Origin: Octopus sinensis
Lineage: Eukaryota
Direction of reading: 5' to 3'
DNA: 64,000 bases
Assembly (NCBI RefSeq): GCF_006345805.1
Contig: NC_043007.1
Span: forward strand, 38,998,001 to 39,062,000
Below the pieces are notes generated by a model. It was not told where the DNA came from. It ran no database searches and saw nothing but the letters and a program-made list of their open reading frames with translations. The number at the start of each line of letters is the position of its first letter. The first letter of the stretch is position 1. Positions 1 to 14,186 of the stretch are shown piece after piece. The translations under genes and the position numbers were made by a program.

Positions 1-616
1 CCATCCACATGGCTCTGGCTTCAGTCACACTGCGTGGTACCTTGGGCAAGTGTCTTACTATCAACTTAGGCCGACCAAAGCCTTGTGAGTGGATTTACTA
101 TTTCAAAGATATTTCGGGTACAAACAAACAGCTTCTAGAGTTTTAGTATTATTAAGATATATATATATAGATATATATATATATATAATATATATATATA
201 TATACCCTCTCCTTCTGGATCTTTTCCTGCTAAGCTCAAACTCTAACAAGGTCAACATTGTTTTTCATTATTTCGAGGTAAATAAAATAAGTACCAGTTA
301 AATCAAGGGATAAATGTAATTGACTAGCCCCTCCTCTCAAAACTCTTGGACTTGTGTATATATTAGACAGATCATTATTATTAATAAGGTGGTGAGCTGG
401 CACAATTGTTACTGTGGTTGGAAAAATGTCTTGTGGCATTTCTTCCAGTTTTAGGTTCTGAGTTCAAATTCCACTGTTGTTATCTTTGCCTGTCATCCTT
501 TTGGGGTCGATAAAACAAGTACCAGTTGGGTATTGAGGTCGATGTAATTAACTAATCCCTCCTAAAACTTTGGGCCTTGTGCTTATTGTAGAAAGGATTA
601 TCATTATTATGAAACC

Positions 617-1010
617 GGAGTGGCTGTGTGGTAAATAGCTTGTTTACCAACCACATGGTTCCAGGTTCAGTCCCACTGCGTGGCACCTTGGGTAAGTGTC
701 TTCTACTATAGCCTCGGGTCGACCAAAGCCTTGTGAGTGGATTTGGTAGACGGAAACTGAAAGAAGCCCGTCGTATATATGTATATATATATATGTATGT
801 GTGTGTGTTTGTGTGTCTGTGTTTGTCCCCCTAGCATTGCTTGACAACAGATGCTGGTGTGTTTATGTCCCCGTCACTTAGCGGTTCGGCAAAAAGAGAC
901 CGATAGAATAAGTACTGGGCTTACAAAGAATAAGTCCCAGGGTTGAGTTGCTCGATTAAAGGCGGAGCTCCAGCATGGCCGCAGTCAAGTGACTGAAACA
1001 AGTAAAAGAG
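617..1010 (+). mobile_element. tRNA-derived SINE family A (internal TA/TG microsatellite), full-length
   Basis: A-box-like TGGCTGTGTGGT, B-box-like GGTTCAGTCCC, internal (TA)n(TG)n, end ...GACTGAAACAAGTAAAAGAG. Other copies at ~2437-2850(-), 12147-12522(+), 15135-15552(-), 21585-21975(-), 31107-31528(-), 40390-40735(-), 44240-44620(+), 61995-62450(-). Confidence 0.9.
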
Positions 1011-1155
1011 AGAGAAAGAGAAAGAGATGTGTATGTTCATAGAACCCCTAGAAATGGTGAAACTCTTGGCTACTTACCGGCTTTTAACTTCCCTGATTCC
1101 TTTGCTGGTCCTCTGTTTCTTACCTCATCAATATATATCCCATTTCTCATATTAC

Positions 1156-1222
1156 CTGATATGTTGAAACCAAGACCAGTGAAATCCTGGCTTAACAAAT
1201 CCGCACTTATAACTTCTGGCTC
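1156..1222 (-). CDS. Host gene exon (67 nt), start of a PDZ domain
   Basis: Long polypyrimidine tract ending ...ctttttgtctgttttag| and donor cag|gtaata. Phase 0 to 1, reads EPEVISADLLSQDFTGLGFNIS(G). GLGF is the PDZ carboxylate-binding loop. Confidence 0.85.
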
Positions 1223-2646
1223 CTAAAACAGACAAAAAGAAAGAAAGAAAGAAAACAAAAAAACAATGAAAATAATTTATTGGATGACAATCAATCTCAA
1301 ATAACTCACAAGCATTTAGTTTTATTTCATTTTGTCAAGTTACATAGAAGCCTACTAGAAATATATAGCCTCCTAGCTGAAAACAATGCTCAGCTGAAAT
1401 GCAAAATGTTGGTGGTTCTTGACATGGCTACAGCAAATTGTGTGAAACAAAGAATAAAAAAATAAGCCTAATAGTAAAAGAAATAACAGGAAAATATTTT
1501 ATTTTCAATATTTCAATCAAAAATGTAAGGCAACAACCTGGCAGAATCGTTAGCACACTGGGCAAAATGCTTAGCGACATTTCATCCGCTTGCACATTCT
1601 AAGTTCAAATCCTCCCAAGGTCAACATTGCCTTTCAGGGTCAATAAAACGAGTACTAGTCGAATACTGGGGTCGATGTAATCAACTTGTCCTCTCCCATC
1701 AAATTGCTCATCTTGCATCAAAATTTGAAATCAATATTTCGGTCTAAAATATAACATATTCAAAAGATAAAGGACATTAGTATCGTGAAGACAGCACTAA
1801 TATCACTCTCCTTGTTCATCTCTAACTGAGCTGGAATTTGGATGTAAATGCAATTTAGGAAACATATGGCAACCTACATCTTATAAAATCTCAATTTGTG
1901 TTTTAACACCATTTAAAAAAAATAAGAGATATCTAATTTTCTAAGAATTTGCACAAATTTATTTGGAATCTTGTTTGCCACACTTTCAGCACCAGTGATG
2001 TGAGTATTTACATCAGAAGTTTTGTATTTTTTAGTAACCCTCAAACTCGAAGACCTATAAAAATCCTTCTCTTTAATTTTGGCAACATTTAAGTTTGGAA
2101 GTATTTCTGAGAGAAACTTGAGAATTTTTTTTTTTTAGTTATAGTTATTGCCTCAACAAATTATAACAAGTCTAATATGAAGAGATGGTAAAAATATTTT
2201 CTTTTGGGTTAGCTAGGCTAAAGGAAAAAACTCTATAATTGTAACAATACAGAAAGAAGATATGTAAAGTGATCTTCAGTTCCCTCCAAATGCAAAAGAC
2301 ATTGAGGGCCTCTTTTTCTTCAACTAGTCTTGCAAGCCATTTGAACACACTGCATAAATCTGATGAGGAACTCATGGCTTGTCTTGGGCAACTATGTAGT
2401 TATATTTGAGTCCATATATACCCTTCTCTCTCTTCTACTTGTTTCAGTCATTTGACTGCGGCCATGCTGGAGCACCGCCTTTAGTCGAGCAAATCAACCT
2501 CAGGACTTATTCTTTGTAAGCCAAGTACTTATTCTATCGGTCTCTTTTGCCAAACTGCAAAGTTACGGGGACGTAAACATATCAGCATCGATTGGCAAGC
2601 AATGTTGGGGGGACAAACACAGACACAAAGGCACACATGCACACAA

Positions 2647-2677
<31 letters not shown>

Positions 2678-3339
2678 CATATACATATATACGACAGACT
2701 TCTTTCAGTTTCCGTCTACCAAATCCACTCATAAGGCTTTGGTCGGCCCAAGGCTATAGTAGAAGACACTTGCCCAAGGTGCCACACAGTGGGACTGAAC
2801 CCAGAACCATGTGGTTGGTAAGCAAGCTACTTACCACACAGCCACTCCTGCACCTAGTTGACAGTCACAATATAGTAGCTTGAGCTTCAGTTTTTATGAT
2901 CTCTTTTAACATGTCATCATTATGATATAATTGTGAAGCTACCGTAGACATAGCAAGAAGTGTCAGGATGATTTTTACTTTCCCTAAACATGTAGGAAGT
3001 TTAATTAGGTTAAGTTATGATTGTTAAAAGAAACGAAAATAAATTAGTAAAAACAATATTATAGAGGAATTGTCATAATTATGCAGTTGTTATGACTGGC
3101 TGATTTCTCCAACATATAAAGAGGAGAGAAGAGAGAAAGAGAGGGAAAGAGAGAGAGAGACAGAGATGAAAGAGACACAGCATAAAAGAGAGATATGGAA
3201 AGCTGCAAGATGAGTGCACATACTAAGCTATATTTCATCATTTTCTATAAGCCCCAAGATTCAATAAAGGTTAAATTATAATTATTATAACAATACCATA
3301 TTTCCTTATATTTACCTATAGCAGCATAGGTATACTTAC

Positions 3340-3369
3340 AATGTTACCTGTCCTATTACGGGTAACACT
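3340..3369 (-). CDS. Candidate 30-nt microexon of the host gene (SVTRNRTGNI)
   Basis: Pyrimidine-rich tract then gttag|, donor att|gtaagta. Phase 0-0, so frame-compatible between exons 7394-7513 and 1156-1222. No homology support. Confidence 0.45.
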
Positions 3370-3892
3370 CTAACCTTAAGTAATAAGGTAGGTAAAGAAA
3401 CAAAAAAGTAAATGATCATATCTAGAAACAATGGTACATTCCAGGTGGAGAAATTTCAAAACTGGTGCAAAATTATATTTTAATACACTTAAAATCATCT
3501 CAAATAAAAATTATTAGTTTGCCTATATAAACATTAAATCATTTATTTTTGAAAAAATTCCATTTTTTTTTTTTCACCAATAAATGTACAACCTTTTACA
3601 TTTACTTAGTAATTCTCTCACCATTTTGTCAAGTATGATAATGAAGTAAATGTTTCACTGATGAGGTCAGAATAGGAGCAAAACCTAAGTAGAGTTATCT
3701 TCCATACTTAACATCACTGACTGATATTGCTCTATATTTCTCATTGCACAGACATTTCTTGCTACATGAATAAAATATATCAACACTAAGTTAATCAGTA
3801 GCAGTAAACTTAAGAAGGTGATGAATTTGTAGAGCTGTTAGGGTTGTCAGATAGAAATCCTTTTATTAGTTTTTGTTCTGGCTCTGAGTTCA

Positions 3893-4044
3893 GGAGTGGC
3901 TATGTGGTAAGTAGCTGGTGTGTTTACGTCCCCATAACTTAGCGGTTTGGCATGGCACCTTGGGTGAGTGTCTTCTGCTGTGGCCTTGGGCCATTCGGAG
4001 CCTTGTGAGTGGATTTGGCAGATGGAGACTGAGGGAGGCCCGTC

Positions 4045-4079
<35 letters not shown>

Positions 4080-4981
4080 CTAGCAGTAATACCTGTCGTT
4101 CATCGGATAATTACTTTTACTCTTTCTCAGGAGTCACATTCAAAGTATTATTATATATATAATAGATTTCTCAATGGGGATTTCAGGGGAGAGTTTCAGG
4201 GAGTCGCTGGCGATGTATCGTGATGATAAAAAATCCGGCCTACTAAAATTTGGTTAAAATGATTCAAACTGCAGACTCAATGCAAAATGGTCACATATAA
4301 TTCAAAGCGTTAAAAATGTTATGAAAACAATTGGTATGTGTTCACAAAGTCCAAACAATTAATAGGAAAAAACCCTCCAGGCTACATCCTGAAAATTCAT
4401 TTCTTTGCTGAATTTCTACAATGTTTACGGCGATTCGTTTTTACATCTTGATTTTTTATTTTTCATGCAATTTACGCATGCTTGCACATGTGGTGAACAC
4501 AGTCCACGTCAAACAGCTGACTGAGTAAAGTTCACTATTCAATACATGGGATAAGGCCTAAACAAACACATTATCGATTTTTGCACTTGCGAGATGAATT
4601 TCAGAACAGAAATAGTGCAGTTCAATTTTCATTCGCCTAAACTTTAAGTGACCCATTTTTGGTGGTTCTACGATTTGTTGGCTAGGAGGAGATGTGCCGG
4701 GAAGTTAAACACACAGACACACACACAGATACACACACAGACACACAAGTTGAGTTTTATATATATAGATATTTATGTTTGTGTGTCTATGTTTGTCCCC
4801 CCAACATCACTTGACAACCGATGCTGGTGTGGTTATGTCCCCGTAACTTAGTGGTTCGGCAAAAACAGAGCGATAGAATAAGTACCAGGTTCACAAAGAA
4901 TAAGTCCTGGGGTCAATTTGCTCAACTAAAGGTGGTGCTCCAGCATGGCCACAGTCAAATGACTGAAACAAGTAAAAGAGT
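3893..4981 (+). mobile_element. SINE A copy split by a ~690 bp insertion in its microsatellite
   Basis: 5' half 3893-4078 and 3' half 4771-4981 are collinear with intact copies. Confidence 0.85.
4079..4770 (+). mobile_element. Non-autonomous Helitron/Helentron-like element
   Basis: Starts ACTAGCAGTAATACC..GTCGTT, has a subterminal (ACAC/AGAC)n tract and ends TTTTATATATATAGAT, the layout of Lep1/HINE-type elements. No ORF. Confidence 0.55.
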
Positions 4982-5611
4982 AATGTCCTATTGATTCATT
5001 GTGGATTCTCCTGTCTTAGACAACAGATGAGAGCTCCTCCATTTCTTGCTGAACACCCTGTACAGATGATTTGATTACAGTGACTGAATGCTTGTGTTAT
5101 ACATTAGCACTTTCCCTCCATCAAACCCACATTGCCTGAACAGATGCTCAGTTTCCTACTTGTCAGATGTCAAAGTGATTTCAGAGCAACATTAGACGAT
5201 GTGTTTAACTCAAGAACACAATGCCCTGTGCAGTCTGAGAATTGAAACGAAGGGTCTTGTGATCATGAGCACGAGATCCTAAACACTAGGCCACGAACCC
5301 TCACTATTGATTATAGATTTATTGGTAAGCACCATCTGAGTGTGGCCGATGCCAGTGCCGCCTTGACTGGCTTCTGTGCTGGTGGCACGTAAAAAGCACC
5401 AACTGGTCATGGTCGCTGCCAGCCTCCCCTGGCACCTGTGCCAGTGGCACATAAAAAGCACCCATTACACTCACGGAGTGGTTGGCGTTAGGAAGGGCAT
5501 CTGGCTGTAGAAACACTGCTCAATCAGACAGGAGCCTGGTGCAGCCTCCTGGCTTCCCAGACCCCGGTTGAACCATCCAACCCGTGCTAGCACGGAAAAC
5601 AGACTTTAAAC

Positions 5612-5654
<43 letters not shown>

Positions 5655-6277
5655 GTTACACAGTTAATTACAGTTGATTGAATTGGCAACAAATACATTT
5701 CTATATTAGGAACAAAGCACTGATGTAGATATAAAACATGCATCGCTGTTCAAATTCTAGGGTTCCTGGCTTCCTATTAACTCTCATTTTTGCTGTCAAC
5801 GTAGTCATTACATGTGTGCATATGTGTTTGTGTATGTGTGTGTGGTGGATGCGCAATGGCCCAGTGGTTAGAGCAGTGGACTAGCAGTTATAGGATCCTG
5901 GTTTCAATTCCCAGACTGGGTGTTGTGAGTGTTTATTGAGCGAAAACACCTAAAGCTCTACAAGGCTCCGGCAGGGGATGGTGGTGAACCCTGCTGTATT
6001 CTTTCACCACCACTTTCTCTCACTCTTTCTTCCTGTTTCTGTTGTACCTGTATTTCAAAGGGCCAGCCTTGTCATGCTGAATCTCCATGAGAACTACATT
6101 AAGGGTACACATGTTTGTGGAGTGCTCAGCCACTTGCACGTTAATTTCATGAGCAGGCTGTTCCATTGATCGGATCAAATGGAACCCTTGTTGTCATAAC
6201 TGATGGAGTGTCACGATGTGTGTGTATTGTATGTACTCAAGCACACACACGTACATACATACATACATACATACATA

Positions 6278-6844
6278 CACTTGCGTCGGAAATTAATTAG
6301 CACTTCTCAAATTTCTACATTTTCTTACATTTTCTTAATTTAATTAACTTATTATCAGAAACGAACTCGTTTTTAATCAAAAATTTATTAAAACATATCC
6401 CAGCACACCACATAATTGTTATTAATCGTGAAATTTAGTCAATATCTTGTTGCTCCTCCTTTGGCAGCAATGACAGCTGCTACACGGGTCGGCATGCTGT
6501 CTATGAGTGCCTGCAGGTACTGTGCAGGGATGGCCCCTCATGCAGCAAGAAGTGCCCCAAACAGCTTGTGTCGGTTCCTGTATTGCTGCACATTCAAATC
6601 CCTACCCAATCGACTCCAGAGGTTCTCAATAGGGTTCAGGTCAGGTGACTGGCCAGCACGTACTCCTCGCCACCAAAGAGGTATCCCGTACTATCTCAAC
6701 GTACTTTGCTGCGTTGATGTTGCCTTCGACGGCATAGAGCCGCCCAACACCACTGTAGCTGAACGCCCCTCACACCATCAGACCACCCCCACCATGCTTC
6801 ATGGTGAGCAAATCAAGGGTGCTAATTAATTTCTGACGGTAGTG
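6278..6844 (-). mobile_element. Internally deleted Tc1/mariner DNA transposon
   Basis: TA flanks at 6276-77 and 6845-46, 26-bp TIRs CACTTGCGTCGGAAATTAATTAGCAC / GTGCTAATTAATTTCTGACGGTAGTG. Minus strand keeps KHGGGGLMV, SPDLNPIENLW and MPTRVAAVIAAKGGATRY*. Confidence 0.92.
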
Positions 6845-7055
6845 TACATACATACACAATGAAAAGAATGAAAACAAGTCAATGGTAGCTTAGCCTATTA
6901 GAAATAGCAGCTTATATCTTTCTTGAGTTATATGTACGTTACTATCTGTGGACAAAAAAAAAGGGCATGAGAAACACATTGGATAATGTAGTCCTAATAC
7001 ACAACATCAAAGAGAGGGATAAAAGTTCAACTCACTCATGGCTGTCCCAAGGCTG

Positions 7056-7374
<319 letters not shown>

Positions 7375-7393
7375 ACAGTAAACTGGAACTTAC

Positions 7394-7513
7394 TTGCAAA
7401 AAGCTATTCAGAGAGCCATATGAGCCATACTCGGTGCCAGCAAACTGCACTTTGGGAAGTGAATTCCAGTCTTTCATGCTTAGAGAGCTTGGACCATTAT
7501 ATGAAGCGAGGGT
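7394..7513 (-). CDS. Host gene exon (120 nt)
   Basis: Acceptor aatccag|, donor caa|gtaagt. Fully open in phase 0-0: TLASYNGPSSLSMKDWNSLPKVQFAGTEYGSYGSLNSFLQ. Overlaps ORF-track 7007..7477. Confidence 0.75.
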
Positions 7514-8206
7514 CTGGATTTAAACATGTATTGGTCATTTTATTAAGGTTTACTTGTATGCATGCATGCATGCTTACATACACACACACACACATATATT
7601 TATAAATGTATATATAAATATATGCATACATAAAAGCACACACACATACATACATATATACATACATACATACATTCATACATACATATATACATACATA
7701 CATACACACACACACACAACATACATACATACATACATACATACATACATACATACATACATACATACATACATACACACACACACATGAATATATATAT
7801 CTGTATGTGCAGGGTGGGACACATTTCACTGGTTGACAAATGCTTTAACAACAAACACACAATTTATAATGGTCAAACCACAATGGTAACTAATAAAACG
7901 GTAAAATATCTACATGGAGACTCCATTACCATCTAACTAACCTTACTAATGCCACATTAATGAGTATGTAAAATGTGGGAGGTTTTTCTGTTGCACTTTC
8001 TCTCTCTATGTATGTGTGTCTGCATGTGTGATATATGTATATATGGGAAATACTGCAAGAGACAGTAAAATAATTACAATTCATAAGGCCACAGACAGCC
8101 AACTGCACCTATCATATGTATCATATTCCACCTTTCCAAAGTCTTTGAGAGAGAGTCATATGCAGAAAGAGAATAGTGTAGAAAAAAAGATGCTCTTTTT
8201 TTAACA

Positions 8207-8630
8207 ATGGTGGACTTTGCAGATGATATAGCAATCATAGCTGATAAGATAGATCAAGCACAGCAGTTGCTCAGAAGAGTAGAAACCTCAGCTGTCAAAA
8301 TTGGACAAATACAAATGTCAAGAAAACTGAACACACATCTTTCAACCGATCAAGGGATGCTGAACTTTTTACTCTGAGCAGTTACAAATTTGATGTTGTT
8401 GAAAACTTCAAGTACTTAGATGGATGAGTGAACAGTTTGGAAGCAGACATTAAGATCAGGAAGGTACAAGCATGGACAGCCTGTCACAAACGAAAGGTCT
8501 GGAACTCCAAACTGCCAAGGTGAAGCAAAATCAAGCTGTACATTGCAACTGTCAAATAAGCGCTATTATATGGCAGTGAAACATGGACAATGATAAAGAA
8601 ATTATCAAATGGGCTTCATGGCTGCTATGC
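8207..8630 (+). pseudogene. Decayed RTE-clade LINE reverse transcriptase fragment
   Basis: Reads DFADDIAIIADKIDQAQQLLRRVETSAVKIG, VVENFKYL, LLYGSETWTM across frameshifts. Confidence 0.8.
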
Positions 8631-8749
8631 AATATTTTTTAACACAACCTTAAAACTTTTCTGGAGGTGACAATACTCTGCACAGTTACTTAATAACAAC
8701 CCAAAACTGTAGGAAAAGCAGCATACAACATTAACAATGAGATGAATAT

Positions 8750-10200
8750 ATAGAAAACCGCGTAAACTAGATAACAGATTGAAGACTATCATAAAGTAGG
8801 AAGCATAAAGAAAATGTTTACCTTAAACCCTAAACCGAGATAACCTTGATGAAAATTTTAAATAATTTCAACAATAATATTAGGCAGGCTATCAACCTCC
8901 AGTGATGTAACATGGTTGGTTTATCAGAATTAGTTATAAACAGAACTCTCAAATTATCCAATTTGACATTGTCAGATTTAGCCTTTTATCTCTAAATCCT
9001 CGCTCTGAAGTGCTTAGAATTTGCAAAGAAAGACTTATAAACTAATAAAAGATAAAGGAACTGAGATTATCAATCATGTTAGATATCACTCAATTTTGAC
9101 AAAGGTTCTGTCCGGGTAAAATCTGACCACTCTGGTACTGTTGAAGTAAGCATGGGGGATTATGATAGCATAGAGATATGAAAGCTTCCAGGATTATATA
9201 TCCTAGATATACAAAGCAAGAGGCTTACTTCAAAAGACATTGATTCTTATAAAGATACTATGTCAACTATATCCAAATAAGCCAACTAACACACCTTAGC
9301 TATATAAAGAGATAACCTTATCTACACGTTTAGGGGACATTTGATATGCTAAATTTAACAATAAACTTTTATAAAATTTTTAGTAAACCTAATGAAAAAC
9401 TTATGTTAAGATAGGCTCCTGCCACATACCCTTAAAATTTTTAAATTTCAAAACTGTAAAAGAATTTTCATTTTACTCTTAAAGAAGGGAATCATTGACA
9501 AAAGTTTCTTTACTTAAATAATATCTTGGAAGTGAACAAATTCAAAGATAAAATTGCATTTGCTACCAGCCCTGCCAACTCAGAAATAGTAAAAATAGTA
9601 ACAAAATATTCTCTGCTTTACACTTCCTATTTTTATTAAACATTAAGTCAAATATTCATTAAAACCTTTTCAGTATTAATTGATAAACACTTCTCACCAA
9701 CAATAAATATAGAAAAATATATAATGGATCTGACTTAAATAAACTCGCAGTTGCACAACCATTATTGCATATGCCTCCAAAAATATGGCCTTGATTGTAC
9801 ATGCAGAGATATCAGCTTAAGTTTACACAATATGTCATGCAACATAGGCATCATCACATATGAAACAGAAGCTGATCCACCAAAGTAAACTAAACCAAAT
9901 TTCAATAAAGCACATAAACAATACATAAGCATGACAGAAGGAAAATATAATTTGAGGGATAACTATTATACTTCTTTGAAACACATTAAAAAGAGAAATG
10001 TGAGAAAGTTATCCAATTATATCTGGCAATTAAAAGATAACTCTTCTTTTATAAATACCAATTATTAAAGACTGTGGCCTTAAATGAATGCTAATAAAGT
10101 TAAAATCTCTGCACACTTGAAAAAGGTCTCATCCTTAAAAACCTAAATAATTCTCATGGTGAATTTTAGTTTTTGGACAATGTAAACAATTTGACATAAA
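8750..10200 (+). pseudogene. Decayed Penelope-like element (RT plus GIY-YIG endonuclease)
   Basis: RT motif VSMGDYDSIEI..GLYIL at ~9143-9207 (cf. PLE DVTMGxYDGAExCELVGLYIL) and endonuclease-like TYISMTEGKYNLRDNYYTSLKHIKKRNVRKLSNYIWQLKD at ~9920-10042, followed by an LCTLEK-like motif. Many stops and indels. Confidence 0.75.
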
Positions 10201-10450
10201 CCTGTTCTATAAGTAGACTCTACTACTACTACTAGTTTAAACAGAACCACTAACATTATCCACTAGTTCACAATTTCTATTTCTTTCATTAATTAATGTT
10301 CACAAATTCTATTTCTTTTATTAATTAATGTCTATATATTTTGTAGGCATATGTATGTATTGCTCTGTAATTGTTATCAAGTGAATGTCTGCTTGCGCGT
10401 GCCTGTGTGTATGTGTGTGTATGTGTGTGTATGTGTGTGTGTGTATATAT

Positions 10451-10854
10451 AGTCATAAATGACAGAGAAATAATTAGACGAGTCTTTATTTAACAATAAA
10501 AAATCCAAATATCACAACAAATTTGTTTCATAACTCAAAAAACAAGTAAATAACTTATATTATCATATTTAATAATAAATAAATTATTTACATGTCTGCA
10601 CTGATACAAAATGTAAAAAAAATCTTTTCCAAATGATGCAGGATTTGAGTTATGTCATGGCTCAAATTCTGCATCATCTTGAAAGATTTTTTACATTTTG
10701 TATCAGTGCAGACATCTAAGTAATATATTTATTATTAAATATGATAATATAAGTTATTTGTTTTTTGAGTTATGAAACAAATTTGTCATGATATTTGGAT
10801 TTTTTTTATCATTAAATAAAGATTCATCTAAATATTTTTCTATCATATATGACT
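10451..10854. repeat. ~400 bp foldback palindrome (~200 bp arms, 3-nt loop)
   Basis: 10451-10653 is the imperfect reverse complement of 10657-10854, with TA-rich flanks. Confidence 0.9.
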
Positions 10855-12070
10855 TTATATACTCCTTATGCTTTTCTCTTGTATATTTACTATATATTCT
10901 ATATCGTTTGTACAGTGACACATTAAGGAGCCTTTTTATGAGTATTACCGGATTACGTGAATTTATTGTGACTTAAATTTGTACGTATGTATATATATAT
11001 ATACATAGATACATATATCTGTGTGTGTTTGTATAAACTATATTATATACATACATATATATATGTGCATGTATGTATATTGTGCGTGCGTGTGTGTATA
11101 TATACATATATCATATAATATCCAATGTAATATATACAGTATGTATAAGTATCATATATTTCTATACATACATACAAACATCCATATCTATCTATCTATC
11201 TATTTATCTATATATTAGTGTGTACAACACATGCACACATATATTTGTTTGTTTTATGTCCATTTCTCCATATCAGCATGGGTTAGACTACTATATAATC
11301 AAGGCATTATTTTACAGCCAAATGACCTTTCTGTCACTAACTCTTGTGTAGAGCACAAACATAAAAAAAAAACATAGTAAAGCACAGTTAGTTCTGTCTA
11401 CCAAATTCATTCACCAATCTTTGGTCGGTCCAAAGAGAACACTTGCTCAAGTTGCCAAGCAGTGGGACTGTACTTGAAGCAACATGGTTGAGAATCAAAT
11501 TTCTTTGTCACACAGCCATGCCTGTGCCTCTGGGCATTATGTATATGTGTGCGTGTGTGTGTTTATCCCTTATGTAATACATCCCTGTCAAATCCCTATT
11601 TGATTCTCTCTTGTCTCCTAGATACTATCTCATCCCCATTACCTATCTGTCAATCATCTCTATTGTTCTTGGGGGTTTTTTCTCAGTCCCCTATATGTTT
11701 ACCATTCATGCTCTCTCAGCCTAATTTTCTGCACTATTCTGCCACATAGCTACAAGTGCCATTGGATCTGTCAGACCCTCTCATCCATCAGGTACTCACC
11801 CTCTCCACTTCCATTTCTCTCCTATTCCCTGCATCATGTTGCCTGTCTAGTGGAGGGAAAGTATTGAAAATTTGAACATTATAACTCCATCTTATAAACC
11901 CTACCTCATTCTCCCATTCAGACTCCAACATACAAAAGGTAGTATCGGATCTGTTCGTATCTGATATATCCAACCATTACAATTTCTGTGTCATCAACCA
12001 TCTCTACTTCTCCTCCAGTTCATTTGCTATTGCCATCAATCATCTTTGCTTATCATCGCCTGTTACTTAC

Positions 12071-12090
12071 ACTATCTCTCGATCTCACTC
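12071..12090 (-). CDS. Host gene 20-nt microexon ((G)VRSRDS)
   Basis: Acceptor ttacttgtttcttagtgcag|g, donor agt|gtaagta. Phase 1 to 0, which bridges the phase-1 end of exon 20948-21034 to the phase-0 start of exon 7394-7513. Confidence 0.65.
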
Positions 12091-13453
12091 CTGCACTAAG
12101 AAACAAGTAACTACCATAAGTATCTTTTTTCCATTACTCTTTCAGCAGGAGTGGTTGTGTGGCAAGTAGCTTGCTTACCAACCATATGGTTCCGGGTTCT
12201 ATTCTGCTGCGAGGCACCTTGGGCAAGTGTCTTCTACTATAGCTTCAGGCCAACCAAAGCCTTGTGAGTGGATTTAGTAGATGGAAACTGAAAGAAGCCT
12301 GTCATATATATGTATGTGTGTGTTTGTCCCCCACCCCCAACATCGCTTGACAACTGATGTTGGTGTGTTTATGTCCCTGTAACTTAGTGGTTCAGCAAAA
12401 GAGACCGATAGAATAAGTACTAGGCTTACAAAGAATAAGTACTGGGGTCGATTTGCTTGACTAAAGGCAGTGCTATAGCATGGCCACAGTCAAATGACTG
12501 AAACAAGTAAAAGAGTAAAGAGTGTCACTCTTACATCACTCCTACTTTACGACACCCATGCTACAGTTACTTTATTTCTTCCATCATGTGTTCACACTTC
12601 TTTCCTTGCTATTAGTCATGCTGCCTTGATTGAACAGAGGCATCTCAGTGTTGAGAAGGTTCTTTAGGTTTGTCGAGGATATGAAAATTATTTTAATGTT
12701 GGCAGAATAATGATATGAATCTAGTACATTTTGTAAAATGGTTAATAGAATGAAGAGCATCCATTGGTAGAAAGGATGCCAAAATTTTGGAATATATTAA
12801 CAAGATGTGAGTCTCTGACCTATCTAGAGGATGAATATGACTGAATAAGAACTAATTTGAATAATGATAACTCATCCTACCCATGTCAACATGTAAAGCT
12901 CATTTAATATGATACTGACAATGAAGTGTACACATAAATACATACATGTCTATATATACATGTGGTGTATGTGAATGTGTGTCTGCATGTGTATGTGGCC
13001 TAATGGTAAAGGTGTTATTCCTGGTAAATACTTAAGTATGAGTTTACACAGTTAAGTTATGTGAATTCTTCTAATGTTTCAGTAGGTACTTGTGGAAATG
13101 GCAATATTCCACGTAGTTATCTGATCTGTCATTCAGAAAGTCTGTGGATTTATTAAAGTTAATAAGTATGAGGCTAGACATAACCTATAAACATTTTGTA
13201 TGATTTCAGTATGACTTGCATCTCTCAATTATAATATAACACACACATATACACATATACTAATGTATTCATGCATACATATATTTATACAATAAACATT
13301 CATTTATATATGTATATGCATAGCTAAAAAGATGGATAGATAGATACAGATATAATATATAATCCATAACATGGATATATATTTCATAATATATATAACA
13401 TATATAACACATACATGCATGCATACACACACACACACATGCACACACACACA

Positions 13454-13491
<38 letters not shown>

Positions 13492-13844
13492 ATCAACATC
13501 ATCATCAAGGACATCATCATAATTTTACATTTGTGTATCATGTTCTAACTGGTTGGGCAATATATAATATATATATTTAATAACATATATATGTGATTTA
13601 TATGTGTATGTGTGCATGTACATAATATTTATGTAGAGTATATTTAAATATGTATCTATATAACATGAAATATAAAACATAGTATATGCAATATGTAAAA
13701 ATATATCTTAAATATATTTATATGTGTGTTTGGAGTTGTATGTATCATCATCATCACCAATATCATTAGTAATAACATCATTTCCTGGATCTTTGATGGG
13801 TTAGCCTGGAAGATATCTATCTCTCTATCGATCTACACACACAC

Positions 13845-13878
<34 letters not shown>

Positions 13879-14128
13879 TATGTCTGGAGAGAGTCATTCT
13901 CTTTTAGTGCCTTATTAATTTAATACATTCACCAGTCTGATGACTATTGAAAAGGTTGCAAGTCACAACGTAAATTTTAGTTAAAAATAAGTAAATGAGT
14001 GGAAATCAGACCGGTGGGTGTGTTAAATTAATAAAGCACCAAAAGAGAATTACCCTCCTCAGACACAATAAAATATGCTTCAACACACGAATTCACATAA
14101 AGAATCTTGTAAACCACATACAAAAATG

Positions 14129-14161
<33 letters not shown>

Positions 14162-14186
14162 AAACTAAATCTGTTAAATGTCACAA

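Noticed and set aside
2355-2400. CTGATGAG as a hammerhead core
   Set aside because: No downstream GAAA, stem III or stem I.
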